From positions 34,782,001 through 34,846,000 of the forward strand of contig CM114271.1 in NCBI GenBank assembly GCA_050084515.1: 64,000 nt of DNA. The letters are read 5' to 3'. Within the stretch, counting starts at the first letter, position 1. Every line of letters starts with the position of its first letter. The notes beneath the pieces are model-generated. The model had not been told where the DNA came from. It worked only from the letters and a program-made list of their open reading frames with translations, and did no database searches. Both the position numbers and the translations under genes were made by a program. Positions 12,433-26,800 of the stretch are shown here, one piece after another. This stretch comes from Blasia pusilla (lineage: Eukaryota).

Positions 12433-15400
12433 TCCTCCCTCAATATCCACTCTCATGTGGACTACTATCTTGGACCGATGCCAAGACCCTTCAAATGTCG
12501 GTGAAGCTGATCTCCGGTCAAAGCTTTCGTGAAGATGTCTGCACGATTATCGTTTGTTGGACAATAGACTAACTTCAAAACCTCTCTCTCGATCAAATCA
12601 CGAACAAAATGATACTCGATCTCTATGTGCTTCGTACGAGCATGAAACACACGATTATGTGCTATGGAAATGCAACTGTGATTGTCACACCACATTACAA
12701 TAGCAGTTTCTGGTGCTTCTCCTATGTCCTCCAATATCCATCTCAACCATACTCCTTCACAAGAAGCATAACAAGTCGCCTTGTACTATGCCTCGATAGA
12801 ATAAAGAGCCACTCTAGGTTGCTTCTTGCTGACCCATGACACCATACCTGATCCTACCAAGAAGCAATAACCCGAAACTGATATACGAGAATCTAAATCT
12901 CTTGCCCAATCCGAGTCACAAAAAGTTTTTATTTCCGTCCCTGCTCCATAGGTGATGCCGTACTCGATAGTGCCTTTGATGTACTTCAACACACGCATCC
13001 CTGCCTTCCAATGGTTCTCACGAGGCTTAGTTAAGAACCTACTCAACACTCCCACATCGAAGCTAATGTCTGGTCTAGTGTTACACAAAAATGTGAAACT
13101 GCCTACAAGCTTTCTATATAACTTTTCATCTACTAATGGTGAAACATCCTCCATCGAGAGTTTCAACTCTACCTCCATTGACAAGACCACTGCCTTACAC
13201 TCGGTCATCCCGAATGCCTTCAAGATTTCTCTAGCATACTTTTGCTGAGAGAGAAAAATACAATCTGACTGTTGCCAAATCTCCAACCCTATAAAGTAGT
13301 GCAAAAGACCTAAATCTGACATTTCAAACTCAGATTTCAACATTCCGTTCATTTCCTCTATTTTCTTACTGTGATCTCATGTGATGAACAGATCATCCAC
13401 ATACAGGACTATCAACATATACATCCCATCTTCGCTAAACACATACAAATTTTCTTCTAACGGACTCTTGATGAGACCCTTCTCTCGGAAGAATATATCT
13501 ATTCGTTGATACCATACCCGTGGGGCTTTCTTCAACCCATACAATCCTCGATGAAGTAAACACACTTTCTCTTCTGATCCGAGTGTCTCAAAACCTGGTG
13601 GTTGAGATACATACACCTCCTCCTTGAGACTCCCATTCAGAAAGGCAGACTTCACATCTTATTGCTATATATGCCAACGTCTTTTTCCTGCCACCGCTAG
13701 AACAATTTGAATGGTTGTCATCCTTGTAGTAGGAGAAAAAGTCTCACAGTAGTCAAAACCTTGGATTTGTGAACATCCTTGTGTAACCAACCTTGCTTTG
13801 ATTTTATCCAATGTACCGTCCGACTTGTATTGGTCTTGTACACCCACTTGGTGCGTATTATCTTCCTATCCTTTGGCTTCTCAACCGAAGTCCAAGTTTC
13901 ATTTCTCTAAATAGCATCCATCTCCATCTGCATGGCTTCTCTCCATTGAGGATGAGCAAGGGCCTCATCCAAGCATGATGGCTCTTCCACCTTCAAGACC
14001 TCTTTCATCAAGGCCATGTTGACAAGATGTGCGGAAGCTCTATTATGCTCCTCTAGTCTCTTGGATCTCCTTGGATACGTAACAACTTCATCAATTTTTG
14101 GTGGATCCTTACCATCCAAGAGCTGCTTTATCCACTTAGGGTATGACGACCGTAGTGGAAGACCAAGCTTATCTTTGTAATCATCACCAAATTCTTCTTC
14201 TTGATGATCCGATGTAAACATTGGTGGTATGCTCTGGTGGGTTATCTCTTCTTTTGATGATAATGTGGACGGACCACTCATATCCGCCACTTGACGAGGC
14301 TGTTCCTAGAATACCACATCACAATTCACAAGCAGCTTCTTTGACTCAGGACACCATAGGCGATAAGCTTTAGACTCATCACTGTATCCCATAAAGATGC
14401 ACTTCCTACTCTTGGACTCCAGCTTGGTCCTGGATGCTTTAGAAATATGTACAAAGCACTCACTACCAAAAGTCCTGAAATGTTCAACTGATGGTATCTT
14501 ACCTGAGTATGATTGATGAGGAGTCATGCCTTGCACTGACTTGGTAGCACTTCTATGTAGAATGTAAATGACAGTATTAACAGCTTCAGCCCAAAATCCT
14601 TTTGTCAAACCTTTTGCCTTCATCATACATCTTGCCATCTCCACCACTGTATGGTTTTGACGCTCAACAACTCCATTTTATTGTGGTGTATGTGTCGTGG
14701 TTAACTGTCGCGTGATTCCATGCTCCCCCAAATATTTGTTGAATTCTGTTGATAAGAATTCTCCTCCTTGATCGGTATGAAGCTTCTATATATTCTTTCC
14801 TGTCTCATTCTCAACCAGGTTGTGCCATACTTTAAATTTTCCAAAAACATTTGCCTTATCACAAAGGAAATACACTCACATTTTCCTACTATAATCGTCG
14901 ACAACTAAAAAGAAGTAGGAAGAACCACCTTATGCCACTATTCTCATTTTACTAGAGAGGTCAGCATGAATCAGCTCGAGAGGATCCTTTGCTCTATTGC
15001 TGGACTCTTATGGAAATGGTTGTTGGTATTGCTTGCCCATCATACAAGCTTCACATGTATCCGACACTCCCAAAATTTTTGGTAAATCAACAACCATGCC
15101 ATATTTCTGCATCTGACTTAGTAAGGGAAAGCTTAGGTGACCAAATCTTTCATGCCACAACTTACTACTTCTAAGATCTTTACCTACACTTGTCGTGAAA
15201 GTATACAACTCGTAGATATTTCCATGTCGTATACCTTCACCCATTACTTTCCCATTGGCATCCTCAATGACTGCTCTAGTTTTCTTGAAACGAACTTCTA
15301 AGTCACGATCATATAATACTACTACTGAAACCAAATTGTGCTTCAACTCTGGTACGTACAGTACATCGGTTAACTTCTTTTCATCTTCTTTTTGTGAGAC

Positions 15401-16115
15401 TAAAGAAATTGTGCCTTTCCCTTCTACAGGGCACTTTGCATTATTCCCAACAGTAACAACGATGGGCTCCTATAGAGGTTGTAAGGAGCTATACCAATCC
15501 TTATGATTGGTCATATGCCTAGATGCTCCACTATCAAGCACCCATGCATCTTCACTCTTTGACTAAGTGGAATGTTCTGCCTCTGATCTTGAAGATTCTT
15601 GATCCTTGTCAAAATTTGCTTCGCGCTTTCTCCTTCTGAAAAATTTCTTGGAAGTAAGCTGATTCTCCAGATTCTGAATCAGAGTCTCATTCCTCGTTTC
15701 ATATTGATTCTTCATAATGTTCCACGCCTCAGCAGCAGTGGTCGTATGTTGAATGAGAGTCATGACAGAATCAGTTACATTTGTGACAATCGCATATAGA
15801 GCATCAGCGTTTCTGTGTTTCCATGCCAGCACTACAACAGGATTGATATCACCAGATGAAGATGAACATGCAGAACTCAAAGTAGCTTGTGGTTTCGAAT
15901 CGACCGCTGTGGCAGTCTCGTAGATCTCAAATGATTCGAGGACAGTTCTCATTTTGAACTTCCACAATGTATAGTTAGATCTATCTAACTTCCCTTCACC
16001 CAGCGGAGGAGGGCGAGCACGAACTGACGAAGAAAGTAGCCATCTCTCAAAATTTTGTGCAAACACACTAGATCGCCAGAAATAAAATACTGGAAAACCT
16101 ACTGCTCTGATACCA

Positions 16116-16549
16116 TGTAAGATAACGAAGAGTGACGAAATCACTGAAACTTTACAAAATTTAGAGATACAAAGTGGCCTAGTCTGTCCGTGTACTCACA
16201 GAAGAGCTTCGATGGAACCTGAACATGGAGATAACTCGACATACGAGAATGCACTACCGCTGCGGCTCCTGACTATTTCACTACTTGGGAAACTAGGGTT
16301 TTTTACCTATTTTTCTTTGTTTCTATTAATAGAAATTTTTTTCGAGGGCTGCGCCCCATCACGGTGCCCCGCACCCTGATGTAATATAGGGTTAGATAAT
16401 CCTAGTAACGCTACTCCATAAACTACCTACGTCATATTACTATGATTCTTTTGACATCTAAGTTGGAACCATCATTCTAGGATTCTCCTCATACAAGGGG
16501 GCCGATTAGATTAATGATGCTCAGAGAAGTGGATGTTGAGAATCCAAAA
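16116..16549 (-). repeat. Copia-1 5' LTR
   Basis: Adjacent to the PBS. The + strand terminal CA is mutated to AA. Confidence 0.93.
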
Positions 16550-17930
16550 AAATAGGAAAATATATTTCAAGGTAGAAAAGAGAAAGGTGATCCCCGTAAT
16601 GACCAAAACATTATTGAAGTCAGCAAGGATCTTCTTCAAAGGAAGGTCGCAAAGGCGTGGATCAAGTGCCAGGATTATGCAATTGGTGAACTTTCCAAAA
16701 AACTAGAGAATGACCATTAGAACAAGGATTGGACCTATTTCCAAAAAAAAAATCTTATTTGAGGAAACTCACAAATGAAGAAGAACTAAGTGAGAAATAT
16801 TTTGAAGCTCCAAATGGCAAAGTTGATCAAGGGTACTAGACTACTAGTATGGCCATCCACTGTAGCGATATGGACAGTCCTTCTACGAGAGTTGACAAGA
16901 GCCCATAACTAGATCAAGGTTCTTCTCTACCAAGCTAGGCTAACTTCTTCGCCTAACTTTTGAAGCATTGACCCTCATTTGTTGCGTGATGATGTGCCAT
17001 CTTATTCTAAATGGCTTGGAGAAGTTTTTGATGCTAAGGAGCATGTGATCAAGGTGAACGTCAAAAAACATTACCAATGATGAAGAGCAAGCCTATCCAT
17101 ATGGCTTAACACTAGATGAGTCCACCAGTAGAAATTGCCTCTAAGTCCACCAAGACTAAGAGACCTAAAAGAGAGTTTGGCTTCCAAGAACGTTGCCAAT
17201 TGGGCCAAATTGTCTCCCTTGTTTGAGAACACCCCAAAAACTTGGCAACACTTACATTCATAACATATGAGAGATGTTCCAAATGATTTGGATATGGATA
17301 TTGGGTGAGTTATGAAAATGATCAAGGGAAGTTTGACTATTTGCTAGATTTCCATAAACATCCCTTGACTTTGCAAGAGGAGAATAGTTCTTTGCCCCGT
17401 GCTGGCATGAGTGGGATGTCCTCCAAGTATGATAGTAATTTATCATCTCACCTATCCAATTTGGAGAAGTTAAAGAAAAATTCCCAAAAATCTTGTAACA
17501 TTAAGAAAAAATTTAATCAATCAAATGGGAAACACAAATTTGTATTCAACATGAAAAGACTTAGAGAGAATTAAAGAAAACTTGAAGGAGTCCTTAGGTC
17601 AAGATGGGTTCCATAGGTGATGGAGAGCAATAATTGCAATCCCCATTGAGCAATAGAGGGGGGCGTATAAGTATATGGTATTTAGAACATAAAAAATGGA
17701 AAATTAATTGTAATAGCAAGCTAGGAGAAATATATGAGAATCGATATTAGAGATGACTCCTCACAAAGATGATTTGGTGAGAGAGGTGGATACGATTCTA
17801 TTCCAACTCATCTAGCAACTTTGGTTTCCTTTTCTCTGTGTTGTATGGAAGAATGTAGTGGATTCCAATGCCTCTAAGTATGCTTAAATCACAATATTGG
17901 TGCTAACCCCTCTAAATCATACCATGCAAG

Positions 17931-20900
17931 TGTGAGAAAACAAAATGGGACGAAATCATTGAAATCTATTACAAATCTTGGAGATACAAAGTGGCCTAGT
18001 TCGTCCGTGCGCTTGGAGAAGCTTTGATGGAACCTGCACATGGAGATAACTTGACAAACGAGAATGCGTTACCGATGTGGCTCTCGAATATTTCACTATT
18101 CAGGAAACTAGGGTTTTTTACCTATTTTTCCTCATTTCTATTTATAGAAATTTTTTGCCTCGTAACGCTACTCTATAAACCACCTACGTCATATTACTAT
18201 GACTCCTTCGACATCCAAGTCGGAACCATCAATCTAGGCTTTTCCTCATACAAGGAGGCTGATCAAATTAATGATGTTGAGAGAAGTGGATGTTGAGAAT
18301 CCAACACCCCCCCTCAATATCCACTCTCATGTGGATTCATGTCTTGGACCGATGCCAAGACCCTTCAGATGTCGTTGAAGCTCATCTCCGCTCATGGCTT
18401 TGGTGAAGATGTCTGCATGGTTATTCTCTATTGGATAATAGACCAACATCAAAACCTCTCTCTCGATCAACTAACAAAAAAAATGAACTGAATTTCTATG
18501 TGCTTCGTATGAGCATGAAACACAGGATTATGTGCTATGGCAATGCAACTCTGATTGTCACACCACATTACAGTAGCACTTTCAGGTGCTTCTCCTATGT
18601 CTTCCAATATCCATCTCAGCCATACTGTCACAAGAAGCATAACAAGCCGTCTTATACTCTGACTTGGTCGAAGAAGGAGCCACCGTAGGTTGCTTCTTGC
18701 TGACCCACAACACCACATCTGATCCTACCTAGAAACAATAACTCAAAATTGATCTTCGAGAATCTGAGTCTCTTGGCCAATCCGAATCACAAAAAGCTGT
18801 CATTTCCGTCCATGCTCCATAGGTGATACCATACTCAATAGTTCTTTTGATGTACTTCAATACACGCATCCCTACCTTCCAATGATTCTCACGAGGCTTA
18901 GTTAAGAACCTACTCAATACTCCCACAGCGAAGCTAATATCTGGTCTTGTGTTGCACAAAAATATCAAACTGCCCACAAGCTTTCTGTACAAATTTTCCT
19001 CTACCAAAGGTGAAACATCCTTCATTCATCCATCGGAGGACCCTCTAGATGCAAGAACAAACCCTTCCATGCCATAAAAGGGTTGAACCTTGTAGGGGCC
19101 CGTATCTCCTGGAAGTTGCACCATGTGTCGAACTCTTGGATGAAGTTGTCTAAGTCTATGGTGCTTACCTCACCATACCCATTTTCTGGTGAGGATGATG
19201 TTGAGAGTTTCAACTCTACCTTCATTGGAAAGACCTGTGCCTTACACTCGGTCATCCCGAATGCCTTCAAGATTTCTCTAGCATACTTTTTCTAAGAGAG
19301 AACAATAAAATCTAACTGTTGCTATCAACATATACATCCCATCTTTGCCAAACCCATGCAAAGTTTTTTGTGACGGACTCTTGATGAGACCCCTTTCTCA
19401 AAAGAATTTATCTATCGTTGATACCATACCCTTGGGGCTTTCTTCAACCCATACAATGCTCGATAAAGCAAATACGCTTTCTCTTATGATCCAGGTGTCT
19501 CAAAACTTGGTGGTTGAAAGAAATACACCTTCTCCTTGAGACTCCCATTCAAAAATGCAGACTTCACATTGTATTGGTGTACAGGCCAACGTCTTGTTCT
19601 TGCCATCGCTAGAACAACTCGAATGGTTGTCATCCTTGTAGTAGGAGCAAAATTCTCATAGTAATCAAAACCTTTGATTTGTGAACATCCTTGTGCAACC
19701 AACCTCGCTTTGATTTTATCCAATGTACCGTCCGACTTATACTCGGTCTTGTACATCCCCTTGGTGGGTATTATCTTCATGTCCTTTGGCTTCTCAACCA
19801 AAGTCCAAGTTTCATTTCTCTAAATAGCATCCATCTGCATGTGCATGGCCTCTCTCCATTAAGGATGAGCAAAAACCTCATCGAAGCCTGATGGCTCTTC
19901 CACCTTCAAGACCATTGTCATCAAGGCCATGTTGATGAGATGTGCGGAAGCTCTATTATGCTCCTCTAGTCTCTTGGATCTCCTTGGATGTGTAGCAACT
20001 TCATCAATTGCTGGTGGATCCTTACCATCTAAGAGCTGCTTTATCCACTTAGGATATGACGACCGTAGTGGAAGACCAAGCTTATCTTTGTGATCATCAC
20101 CAAATTCTTCTTCTTGATGATCCGGTGTAAACATTGATGATGTGCTCTGGTGGGTTATCTCTTCGTTTGATGATAATGTGGACGGACCACTGATATCCGC
20201 CACTTGACGAGGCTGTTCTTGAAACACCACATCACGACTCACAAGCATCTTCTTTGTATCAGGACACCATAGGCAATATGCTTTAGACTCATCACTATAT
20301 CCCATAAAGATGCATTTCCTACTCTTGGACTCTTGCTTGGTCCTCGATGCTTTAAGAATATGTACAAAGCACTCACTACCAAAAGTCTTGAAGTGTAGGA
20401 TTGATGGTACCTTACCTAAGTATGCTTGATGAGGAGTCATGCCTTGCATCGACTTGATAGCACTTCTATTTAGAATGTAAATGGCAATATTAACAACTTC
20501 AGCTCAAAATCCTTTTGTCAAACCTTTTACTTTCATCATACATCTTGCCATCTTCACCACTGTACAGTTTTGACGCTCAACAACTCCATTTTTTTGTGGT
20601 GTATGTGTCGTGGTTAACTGTCGCTTGATTCCATGCTCCCCCAAATATTTGTTGAATTCTGCTGATAAGAATTCTCCTCCTCAATTGGTGCGAAGCTTCT
20701 ATACCTTCTTTCCTGTAACATTCTCAACCAGCTTGTGCCATACTTTAAAATTTCCAAAAGCCCTTATATCACAAAGGAAATACACCACATTTTCCTACTA
20801 TCATCTTTGACAACTAAAAAGGAGTAGGAAGAACCACCTAATGCCACTATTCTCATTTTACTACACAGGTCAGCCTGTATCTGCTCTAGATGAGCATTTG

Positions 20901-22743
20901 CTCTATTGCTCGACTCTTGTGGAAATGGTTGTCGGTATTGCTTGCCCATCATACAAGCTTCATATATATCCGACATTCCAGAAATTGTTGGTAAATCAAC
21001 AACCATGTCATATTTCTGCATCTGACTCAGTAAGGGAAAGCTTAGGTGACCAAATCTTTCATGCCACAACCTACTACTACCAAGATCTGTATCTACCCTT
21101 GTCGTGAAAGCATACAACTCGTAGATATTTCCACACCGTATACCTTCACCAACTACTTTCCCATTGGCATCCTCAATGATTGCTCCAGATTTCTTGAAAC
21201 AAACTTCTTAGTGGCGATCACATAATACTACTACTGAAAGCAAATTGCGCTTCAACTCTGGTACGTATACTATATCGGTTAACTTCTTTTCATCTCCTTT
21301 TTGTGAGACTAAAGAAATTTTTCCCTTACCTTCTTCAAGGCACTTTGCATTATTCCCAATAGTAACAATGATGGGCTCCTGCAGAGGCTGTAAGGAGCTA
21401 TACCAATCCTTATGATTGGTCATATGCCTAGATGCTCCACTATCGAGCACCCATGCATCTTCACTCTTTGACTTAGTGGAATGTTCTGCATGTTTGCAAA
21501 ACTCTTTGATTGCTACCCAAACATCTATCTCATGTTCTCCTAGTTCTACATAATTTCCACACTCCTTCTTAGGTCTTAAACAACCGTTCTTCTCATCCTG
21601 ACTCCTCTTTCTACAATCTTTGATAAGATGACCTAGATTACCACAAAAAAATCATTTGAAGGCTTTCCTTGGAAATTTCTTCTTGACATTTGAACTATAA
21701 TCATGATTTCTACCTCTCTGTATGTTGGCAGTTTATGTTGCATCACTTCCCTCTCTTGCTTTGAAACGAATTTCCTCTTCTACCAACATTGCACTAAATT
21801 ATTTAAAAGTAAGCGGTGTGGGTCTTACTTGAGTATTCAATGCAGTGACCAAACTTTCATACCTCGAAGGCAAAATCCTTATGCATCGACGTGCCAAATC
21901 ATTGCTAGACTTTGAAATTCTTACGGACGCCATCTGATCTTGAAGATTCTTGATCCTCGTAAGAAATTGCTCCGCGCTTTCTCCTCCTAAAAATTTCTCG
22001 GATGTAAGTTGATTCTCTAGATTTTGAATCCGAGTCTCATTCTTGGTTTCATATTGATTCTTTAGAATGTTCCACGCCTCAGCAACAATGTTCGTATGAA
22101 TCAGAGTCATGACACAATCAATTACATTTGTGACAAACGCATATAGAGCATTGGTATTTCTACGTTTCCACGCCAGCAATACAACATGATTGATATCACC
22201 AGATGAAGATGAACATGCAAAACTCAAAGTAGCTTGTGGACTCGAATTGATCCTTATGGCCGTCTCCCAAATAATTTGAGGATGGTTCTCATTTTGAACT
22301 TCCACAATGTATAGTTAGACCTATCTAACTTCCCTTCACCCAGTAGAGGAGGGCGAGCACGAACTGATGAAGAAGTAGCCATCTCTCAAGAATTTGTGCA
22401 AACACATTAGATCGCCATATACAAAATACTAGAAAACCTATAACTCTCTTACCATGTGAGAAAATAGAATGTGACGCATGTGAGAAAACCTATAGCTCTG
22501 TTACCCCCGCGTTGTGTTGGCATACCAAGGGCTATGCTCCAGGACCCCCGCGACGCATCAAGGTGCCCCGCACCCTGATGCAATATAGGGTTAGATAATC
22601 CTAGTAACGATACTCCATAAACCACCTACGTCATATTACTATGACTCCTTTCTAAGTCGGAACCATCAATTTAGGCTTCTCCTCACACACGGGGGCCGAT
22701 CAAATTAATGGTGCTAAGAGAAGTGGATGTTCAGAATCCAACA
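17931..22743 (-). mobile_element. Ty1/Copia LTR retrotransposon copy 2, same family as copy 1, decayed
   Basis: LTRs at 17931-18306 and 22455-22743 (the second is rearranged). Degenerate PBS before 22455 and PPT at 18307-18315. gag/PR/IN/RT/RH fragments are collinear with copy 1. The YVDD region is deleted near 19321. Flanks GCAAG/ACAAC match at only 3 of 5 positions. Confidence 0.93.
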
Positions 22744-23857
22744 ACAACATGGTGAAATGGTCAATTGGTTGAGGGATGTCGCCATAAAAGAAGGAGGGAT
22801 CCTCACAACAAAAATTTGGTTGAAATGCATGACTTGCTTTATGCTAGATTCCCCACAAGAATGCTATATGATATAGACATGCATGCAAAACTTGTTATTG
22901 GCATCCCAACTGTCTCCAAGAGGAGATGTTATTGTCCCATAGATGCCCTACTTATAGACAATCTTGGTCATGGTGCAAACTCTACAATTTTCTTGATATT
23001 CCATTCCATACATAGAATAAAACCGGCCCTTTGGCAAATAGGGTGGGAGAGAAAAAAAATTGTAGTTCATAATACGAGGGAGGGGCACCACTAGTTTGTA
23101 TACCAGGTATATATAGGAGAGAATCCCCTCAAGGAGAGGAGAGAATACGAGGGAGGGGAAGTTTTGGCAAGAGAGAGAAAATGCTTGATATACAAACCAC
23201 CACTAGTCATAAGGAAGGACTTGTCCACCAATTTCATATAGAAAGGATGTACATAACTCAAAATAAAAAATTCACATATAGTTTGGGACACGAATGTACT
23301 ATGGCCTTAGAATTTTCCAAGAGACTCCCCAAAGTTTATCTTGGGGATTAACTAGTCAAACGTTAGTCAAAGAGTGAATTGCGACTTTGACTTACAATTT
23401 AGCCATACATTTATTTTTTAACTTTATCAATCTTCCCAATAATGTGATTTTTTTTGATAAAAATTATTAAATTTTTATTCAAGAATTTCATCATTCCAAT
23501 CATACAAGTTAAATGATATAAGAAAAAAATATTTATGTATATATAGATGAATTTTGTACAAAATAGAAACTCATATCACAAATCCTAGGTATACCTACAT
23601 CATTGATGTGCATTTAATGTTCCACATATGTGGAGTCATGTTGGTTGTGTAGAAGTTCCATCGCCTAAAGACATTTGTATCACGTCTTTTAGGATGGATT
23701 GAAAAGTATCCGTAAGGTGCCTATGAGAAGATTAGATGAAAGTCCGAGGATGTCAAGGATGATTTGCTGAGGTTCTAAGTAACTTGAGAGAGCAGGTTTC
23801 CCCTTTGTTTTGGCTCATTTGGAGCTATTTTGAGAAACTTATTATTTTGGATTTTTG

Positions 23858-23879
23858 GAGAGAGAGAGAGAGAGAGAGA
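23858..23879. repeat. (GA)n microsatellite
   Basis: GA run. Confidence 0.9.
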
Positions 23880-26800
23880 TTGTGTGCACAATTGGAGTGC
23901 TTTTGATTTACAAAGAGAGAATCATTATGAAGGAATGAGAGCTCTGCAATACGGAAGCTTGCTGGTTGTTTATTGGGCATGGTTTTGCATGTTGTGGACC
24001 GTGTTTCCCATTCACCAGTTCATGGAAGCATTGCCAAATTTTAAGTAGAATTTAAGTATGGGGACCATGTTTGCCATGTTGGAGCTCTTGGAAGCACGCT
24101 GAAGTTTTTCCTTTTCTTGTGTAATAAAAGAGGTCTATAATTTTTTGTGGAAGGATCTAGCGTGGAAGCGCTATCAAAGTTTTTGTAGGAGTTGCGACCG
24201 GGGGCCATGTAATAGTCACTGCCAATTTCAAATTGAATTCTGTAAGCTTTGACGAAGGAGATTCTTTCATAATGTTATAGATCAAGAAATTAGGCATATA
24301 TATTTAAGAAAATTGGTTATGGTATTCATGCTTAAGTCTAAAATTATGTCCATTTGCGTAGGGCTACCATAGCTACCATATGAGTAAGAACTTTGAAATT
24401 TTAGCGATAAATCTTTAGGAGACATGTAGAAAAGGAAGAACTTATTGTTTTCAATGGATACTTGAAGGAAACTTGTTTTTTGGAGGCAAGGTATTAATTT
24501 ATTTGGTGGATATTGAGCCAATATTTATGAGGTTAGTCGAATAAGAAGCTAAATTGGAGCAAATTAAGAAGGGGGAAAAAAAAAAGAATCGACTTGCGTT
24601 TACAAGAGGTCGAATTAGTAAAAAATAGTCATTAAAATTATATAATATAATTTGTTTTGAAAAAAACAGCTAATGTGCATATATTGACATACTTGTTGGC
24701 CACATTATTGCAGTTGTTCGTCATTTGTCTGTGATACTAAGGATTGATTTAGAGTTATCAATCATTAGTTAATGTTGTCGACATCGTCAAGAATAGTGAA
24801 AATGTCTCAATATCGACCGCAAAGTCATGGAGGGGTGAGTCGGACTGGAGTAGTTACATTATTTAGTTGGGTTCATCATAGGTTCAACCCCGTGGTTGAG
24901 TTCCTCACGGAGTTGCGGAGGAACTATCAAGGGATACGGACTGAGAAGTTGCGGAGCATCTAGGACTTCCATAGGCATGAGACCTACGGAAACAAGTAAG
25001 GCATAAAACCCTTTTGCATCGCAATTCACCTATGTTGAGAGATGTGTTTGAGATGGTCTATTGCATTGAGTGCAACATGGCCAAAGAGAGTGTAGCAGCC
25101 TTGAATTATGCGAGAGAGATGCCATAGTAACTACAACACCAGATATCTTGAGAGTGGAGTATGACACCAAGAGCCGAAGGAGGTTACAAAGAGCATGTAA
25201 GCATGTGCCATATAAACCTATGCCATCATTCGCGGGTTAACAACAACCATGAGTTTATTTGTTGGGCATATGGTAGAGCCCATCAAGGTAGTGGACATGT
25301 GCCCTAACTTATGGGAGTAGATGGGCCTCCACCAGGAGTGTTGTGATACCTAAAAAGGAGCTTAAGGGAAAAGAAGTTTGGAGGGAGGATTTTTTTTCAG
25401 ATACTTTGAAGAACTTCACATAAAATAGGTCAAGAAATTATTAGAAGAGCTAAATAAGTATTAAGGATTGTGAAGACCTTTTAAAGAAGAATTGTAAATA
25501 TTACGTTATGATTGGTTGAATCGGGTAGTCGTTACATAAGGGCCATAAGAAAACCAAGAAGATATATCTGGAGGACCATGAGGGATCATATCCATGGCTA
25601 ATAATAGAAATAAGGATTTGAGGAAGCCACAATCGTGAAGGACAGGAAGTCAAAATTGGCTTATCGAATGGTGATGGAAACCATTTTGAAGATGCACAAA
25701 TGCAATTTTCAAGAGTCTAGAAAAGTAAGAGTGAGTGATGCATATCGTGTGTAGAACTTCTTCAAGATTTCAAATTAAGGAGGCGTTGGATCAAGCAAAG
25801 AAGAGCTTTGTTATCAATCGAAGAGTTGGGATGTAAAATTGTGGGCATCAGTTTATGAGGTGAGATGTAGAGGAGTGGTGTATAAGGCCCAAGTGACAAT
25901 CATACAACTTGCATTCCTCTTCAGGAATCCAATAAAATCCAAGAATGTGAATGGCTATGAGGTAAAAGAGATCTGTGATGTGGATTTCAAAATTTTTGTT
26001 CAGGTGCTACATGGAATTTGGTTCATCTAGTTAGCTAGCACAAACGCATAGCAATCATCTTCAGTTTCATTGAGAGGCTTGGGGAGATTCTATTAGAGAA
26101 GAAGGTACAAGAGCATAATAAAGATAAGTTGTTAGAGGAGAATAAAAGCTTGAAGGACCAGTTAGATAATCCTCAAGCTTGAAGGACCATTTCAAAATGG
26201 TTTCCATCACCATTCGATGTAATTATTGTGCGCCTAATCCTCTTGAACGTCAATCTCTAGTATTGCAGAAGCATACGTTTAGCATATCACGCTCTCCTTA
26301 CTGATCTACATCCAAACACACTCACGTTATCTATGCTTTGGGTAAACTAGCCACACATCTCCTCGAGTTCTTATTTTGGGCTATCTAACGAGCTCAATAT
26401 TTCTTAGTCCCTCACTTCCAACACAGGCAAGTCTTTCTAGGTAGTCTAGGCACCTAAAACGGCGCTCACATGTCTGGCGGTTCCAAGTGTCTAATGAATG
26501 AGTCTCTAACCGAGAACTAATAATTGAGTCACAAGTTGAGGTTTAAGGTTGACATCTAAAATTCTCCCCCTCAGACTTGGCTTGGTGCCCATACCCAAAA
26601 GTCAACCTTCATATCTATTCCGTGCCCTTGGTTCATCCCATGGCGCTCCAAAGTAGAGTTCGGGTCTCAAGCACTCCTTAGAGATCCTCCCCGTTATATA
26701 TAGTTCTAAGGATCTCCACCTCCTTCCCACCTTTGGGAAATTTCTCTTGGGTCACTCATTTTTGCCTTCAACGCAACTACCAATTTGATATATAGTTTAG

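Larger units (their letters stand above)
12028..16549 (-). mobile_element. Ty1/Copia LTR retrotransposon copy 1, both LTRs present, coding region decayed
   Basis: LTRs at 12028-12432 and 16116-16549. 5-bp TSD AAATA at 12023-12027 and 16550-16554. tRNA-iMet PBS TGGTATCAGAGC (16104-16115, -) and PPT next to 12433. Domain order gag, PR (WVLDSGA), GAG-pre-integrase (LWHERFGH), IN, RT (YVDD), RNase H (ADIFTKAL). Confidence 0.96.
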
